Below, piece by piece: positions 36,134 through 39,066 of a DNA stretch of 39,066 nt. Within the stretch, counting starts at the first letter, position 1; each line of letters begins with the position of its first letter. The translations under genes and the position numbers were made by a program. Origin of the DNA: a bacterium (GTDB lineage Bacteria > RBG-13-61-14 > DATKZS01); contig JAWOBU010000214.1 in the NCBI GenBank assembly GCA_046484135.1, forward strand, positions 1 through 39,066. Direction: 5' to 3'. The notes beneath the pieces were generated by a model. It was given only the letters and a program-made list of their open reading frames with translations, was not told where the DNA came from and searched no databases.

Positions 36134-37969
36134 TCACTGCCCGATGCCGACCACCTGCACCGGGACATTGGAGTCATCGTTGGTCCCGTCCCCCAACTGG
36201 CCGCGATAGTTACTTCCCCAGCATTCCACGGAACCGCCGGTAAGAACGGCGCAGGTGTGCCAGCCTCCTCCTGCAGCTTCAACCGTGTCCGATATTCCGA
36301 CAACAGTCACTGGGAGGCTGGAGTCATCGTTGGTCCCGTCCCCCAACTGGCCCGCGCAGTTATATCCCCAGCATTCCACGGAACCGCCGGCAAAAACGGA
36401 ACAGGTGTGATAGTATCCTCCTTCTGCGTCAACCGCGTCCGATATCCCGACCACCTGCACCGGGACATTAGAGACATCGTTGGTCCCGTCCCCCAACTGG
36501 CCGTAAGAGTTATATCCCCAGCATTCCACGGAACCGCCGGCAAGAAGGGCGCAGGTGTGATACCGTCCTCCTGCTGTGTCAACCGCGTCCGATGTCCCTG
36601 CCACCTGCACCGGAACACTGGAGTCATCGTTGGTCCCGTCCCCCAACTGGCCGCGATCGTTACCTCCCCAGCATTCCACGGAACCGCCGGCAAGAACGGC
36701 GCAGGTGTGATTGTCTCCTACTGCTATGTCAACCGCCTCCGATATCCCGGCCACCTGCACCGGGATATTAGAATAAACAGTTGTCCCGTCCCCCAACTGG
36801 CCGTGATAGTTACTTCCCCAGCATTGGACAGAACCGCCGGCAAGAACGGCGCAAGTGTGAAAGCTTCCTACTGCTGCGTACACCGCGTCCGACAACCCGA
36901 CCACCTGCACCGGGACATTAGAGTCATCGTTGGTCCCGTCCCCCAACTGGCCGTCCCAGTTACCTCCCCAGCATTCCACGGAACCGCCGGCAAGAACGGC
37001 GCAGGTGTGATCCCGTCCTCCTGCTGTGTCCACCGCGTCCGATGTCCAGGACACCGTAACCGGGACACTGGAGCCATCGTTGGTCCCGTCCCCCAACTGT
37101 CCAAATTCGTTATCTCCCCAGCATTCCACGGAACCGCTGTTAAGAACGGCGCAGGTGTGACCACCGCCTCCGGCAACTGCAACAGCCCCGCCCGCTCCTT
37201 CCACGGACGCCACCACTGTTCCTCCCCAGACGATCTCGTTCGGGAACCTGCCGCCGGCATTGCCCGCCTCTGCGTCGGAGGGAATTCTCACGTTGAGAAA
37301 TACGGTGGTTCCGGCCGCGCAGCTACCGGCGTCGAGCTTGATGGTCGCCAAGCCATCAGCGGCGTAGTCCCAGGTCTGCTCGTACACGCCGTTCGATCCC
37401 CACGAGGTATGCCCGTACAGATTGGCCGCGGTGCACGAGCTCTCTGGCGCGATCTCGAACACCACGCCCCAGCCGGGCCTCCTGGTGGTCATACCGTCAT
37501 AAGCGGACGGATCGTCAATGGCGTAGGCGCTCACAGACGTGGAGGACGAGTCCGAAACCGTGACGTTTACAGTCCCGGCGGATACCCCGGTGCTTCCGTC
37601 CATTACGAAAATCTGCTGCGGCCTCGAGCCCTGGTTGTCCGACCATATCTCGGAGATAAAGCTTTTCAGGATGGTTACGTCCCCCGACGCTATGACAGTG
37701 TCCGTGTCCAGGTCCTGAACATCAGCAGACGGAGGGCGGCAGCCGGTGTATGAGCCGCCCGTGCCCGCTATGTAGGCTTTCAAGTTGGTCAAGTCTCCCG
37801 AGGTGATAACGCCGTCCACAGTGGTGTTGTCACCCGATTCCCCATAGTAGAAAGACCCCGGTTTGTCGTTCTCGATCGCCGGGCCGGTTGCAGGCGCCAG
37901 CCATACGGCCAGGAACGCCGCGCAGGCGAGAAAAACGGTTGTTAACGTAACCAGACCTCTTACCTTCAT
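36134..37969 (-). CDS. Secreted protein with a dockerin-like N-terminal module and a 7-bladed RCC1-repeat beta-propeller
   Basis: Signal peptide; duplicated D..D.VI.SGD...LK..I motif; seven GxxHTCA...GSVECWGxNxxGQLGDGT repeats. Confidence 0.85.
   Translation of the reverse strand: MKVRGLVTLTTVFLACAAFLAVWLAPATGPAIENDKPGSFYYGESGDNTTVDGVITSGDLTNLKAYIAGTGGSYTGCRPPSADVQDLDTDTVIASGDVTILKSFISEIWSDNQGSRPQQIFVMDGSTGVSAGTVNVTVSDSSSTSVSAYAIDDPSAYDGMTTRRPGWGVVFEIAPESSCTAANLYGHTSWGSNGVYEQTWDYAADGLATIKLDAGSCAAGTTVFLNVRIPSDAEAGNAGGRFPNEIVWGGTVVASVEGAGGAVAVAGGGGHTCAVLNSGSVECWGDNEFGQLGDGTNDGSSVPVTVSWTSDAVDTAGGRDHTCAVLAGGSVECWGGNWDGQLGDGTNDDSNVPVQVVGLSDAVYAAVGSFHTCAVLAGGSVQCWGSNYHGQLGDGTTVYSNIPVQVAGISEAVDIAVGDNHTCAVLAGGSVECWGGNDRGQLGDGTNDDSSVPVQVAGTSDAVDTAGGRYHTCALLAGGSVECWGYNSYGQLGDGTNDVSNVPVQVVGISDAVDAEGGYYHTCSVFAGGSVECWGYNCAGQLGDGTNDDSSLPVTVVGISDTVEAAGGGWHTCAVLTGGSVECWGSNYRGQLGDGTNDDSNVPVQVVGIGQ
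36137..37186 (-). repeat. Seven tandem 150-bp coding repeats (RCC1 blades)
   Basis: GTCCCGTCCCCCAACTG recurs every 150 bp; 1050 bp = 7 x 150. Confidence 0.95.
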
Positions 37970-38057
37970 GCTTGCCTCCTATCACGGCTATGCTCTTTCC
38001 ATCGGGCCTTCTTGTTCCATGGGCAGCGCAACGGTATATATTGCACTGAATAACGTC

Positions 38058-38086
38058 ATCCTAAATTTTGCACAAAGGCTTGTCAA
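38058..38086 (-). promoter_or_regulatory. Putative sigma70 promoter for the RCC1-repeat gene
   Basis: Minus strand TTGACA-17 bp-TAGGAT. Confidence 0.55.
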
Positions 38087-38198
38087 TACTGAAAGAGTAA
38101 TTTAAGCTTCTTGGAAGCAGATTACAATAAAGATGACCTCGTAAAAAGTCCTATTGAAGCCCCAAGGGGAAAAACTTTGTTTTTTCTGCGCCCGGCAG

Positions 38199-38227
38199 TT
38201 GACGATCAGCAGAGTAGTTGTTAATCT
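38199..38227 (+). promoter_or_regulatory. Putative sigma70 promoter for the DUF5752 gene
   Basis: TTGACG-17 bp-TAATCT with an extended -10 TG. Confidence 0.5.
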
Positions 38228-38262
38228 AACGTGATATTCCTCTCCGTGAGAATGTTGATACC

Positions 38263-38943
38263 ATGAACAGTCAAAACGAAACAACGCCGAGAAGCTTCGA
38301 AGTCATGGACTGCGCTCTGATTACCCTTGCTACCGGCAAGCGGGCGGTGAACCTTCGCGAGCTTCGGGACCGGGTGTGGGAGATCGAGGAGCAGAGCCTG
38401 TACTATCATTTTTATGAGCTGCTTTTAAGGCCCAGCCACGACGACCCCGAGTTTCACAACGACTTCGCTATCTGGGCCAAGCGGTCCCTCCACGACAACC
38501 GGCTGGCGGAGAAGCTGGCCATGCTGGACCCGCTTTCCTGCTGCACCCTGCACGAGCTCCGGCAGATGCTGGTGGACGTGATCGAGGACCACCTGGACGA
38601 AATGGAGCACGTGCCCTGGGCAAGGCCGGACGACGAGTTTCATTTTTTGACCTCGAAGGTGGTGGTGTTCGACACCGGCCGAAGATTTAAGCGCCCGCCC
38701 GAGCTCGGCAAAGCCATTCGGAACTTAAGCACCGGCTCCATATTCTATCACTTTATTGATTCCCGTCGCCGGTCTACCCGGAACCAGGACGACTTCACCT
38801 GCTGGCTGGAGGAGTTCGGCGAGGAGACCGCGGACATCCGGGAGGCCCTCGAGCAGTTGGACTATTACTTCTGGACCCTGCCGGAGCTGCGAGAGAGGAT
38901 CGCGCGGCGGTTCGACAGATTCTTCGAGGAGAAAAAGGGATGA
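38263..38943 (+). CDS. DUF5752-family protein (usually in trehalose-synthase glycosyltransferase operons)
   Basis: Internally duplicated TG.RA.NL.EL...SLYYHF...NDF..W / TG.R...EL...SIFYHF...DDF..W. Confidence 0.75.
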   Translation: MNSQNETTPRSFEVMDCALITLATGKRAVNLRELRDRVWEIEEQSLYYHFYELLLRPSHDDPEFHNDFAIWAKRSLHDNRLAEKLAMLDPLSCCTLHELRQMLVDVIEDHLDEMEHVPWARPDDEFHFLTSKVVVFDTGRRFKRPPELGKAIRNLSTGSIFYHFIDSRRRSTRNQDDFTCWLEEFGEETADIREALEQLDYYFWTLPELRERIARRFDRFFEEKKG

Positions 38944-39056
38944 GCGAGCCTTCCCTGCAGGCATACGAGGTTCTCGATGGTTGCTCTGCAGTTTCATCGA
39001 TTTTTTCCCCTTCCGGTTCGAAGGGTTCCTCAAACGTTGCCCCCAGTTTGAGATAG
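38940..39056 (+). pseudogene. Translationally coupled ORF that breaks off after ~10 codons (probably a truncated glycosyltransferase start)
   Basis: ATGA overlap with a GAGGAG RBS; MSEPSLQAYE is followed by a Ser-rich antisense-looking tail and a stop at 39054-39056. Confidence 0.4.
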
Positions 39057-39066
39057 CAGCCATCAG

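Noticed and set aside
36137..37186. Diversity-generating retroelement target or CRISPR-like array
   Set aside because: No reverse transcriptase or non-coding template repeat in the window, invariant AAC codons sit between the variable codons, and the repeats are in-frame coding units without spacers.
36110..37753. 547-aa repetitive plus-strand ORF
   Set aside because: Antisense reading of the RCC1 repeats; a stop-free unit is simply repeated seven times.

Overview
GC-rich bacterial chromosomal segment. The gene content is Deltaproteobacteria/Desulfobacterota-like (inference from the small siroheme reductase, DUF2231, DUF5752 and hrcA-grpE-dnaK-dnaJ). It is mostly housekeeping and envelope genes: a truncated MMPL/RND transporter, a putative TA pair, ribF, leuS, Rrf2-cysK, a D-cysteine desulfhydrase-like enzyme, lipoproteins, the hrcA-grpE-dnaK-dnaJ operon, der, a GH84 enzyme, UspA, a ceramidase-like protein, an M20 peptidase and a secreted dockerin-like/RCC1-repeat protein. 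The unusual content is mostly intergenic: (i) a 308-nt ORF-less, internally deleted IIC-like group II intron inserted right after an intrinsic terminator; (ii) a ~430-bp fold-back element with ~147-bp diverged inverted arms enclosing a promoter-sRNA-terminator-like unit; (iii) a 160-bp MITE (15-bp TIRs, TAAT duplication) carrying a REP doublet with a 30-bp mini-hairpin inserted in one REP loop; (iv) a dispersed REP family starting GTGC/GTAC instead of GTAG; (v) an hrcA leader with no canonical CIRCE but a switch/thermometer-like hairpin over the RBS. Both window ends carry ~100 bp of unrelated coding sequence fused to a truncated gene (umuC on the left), which suggests chimeric contig tips. 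Family assignments come from recognised motifs; no database searches were run.
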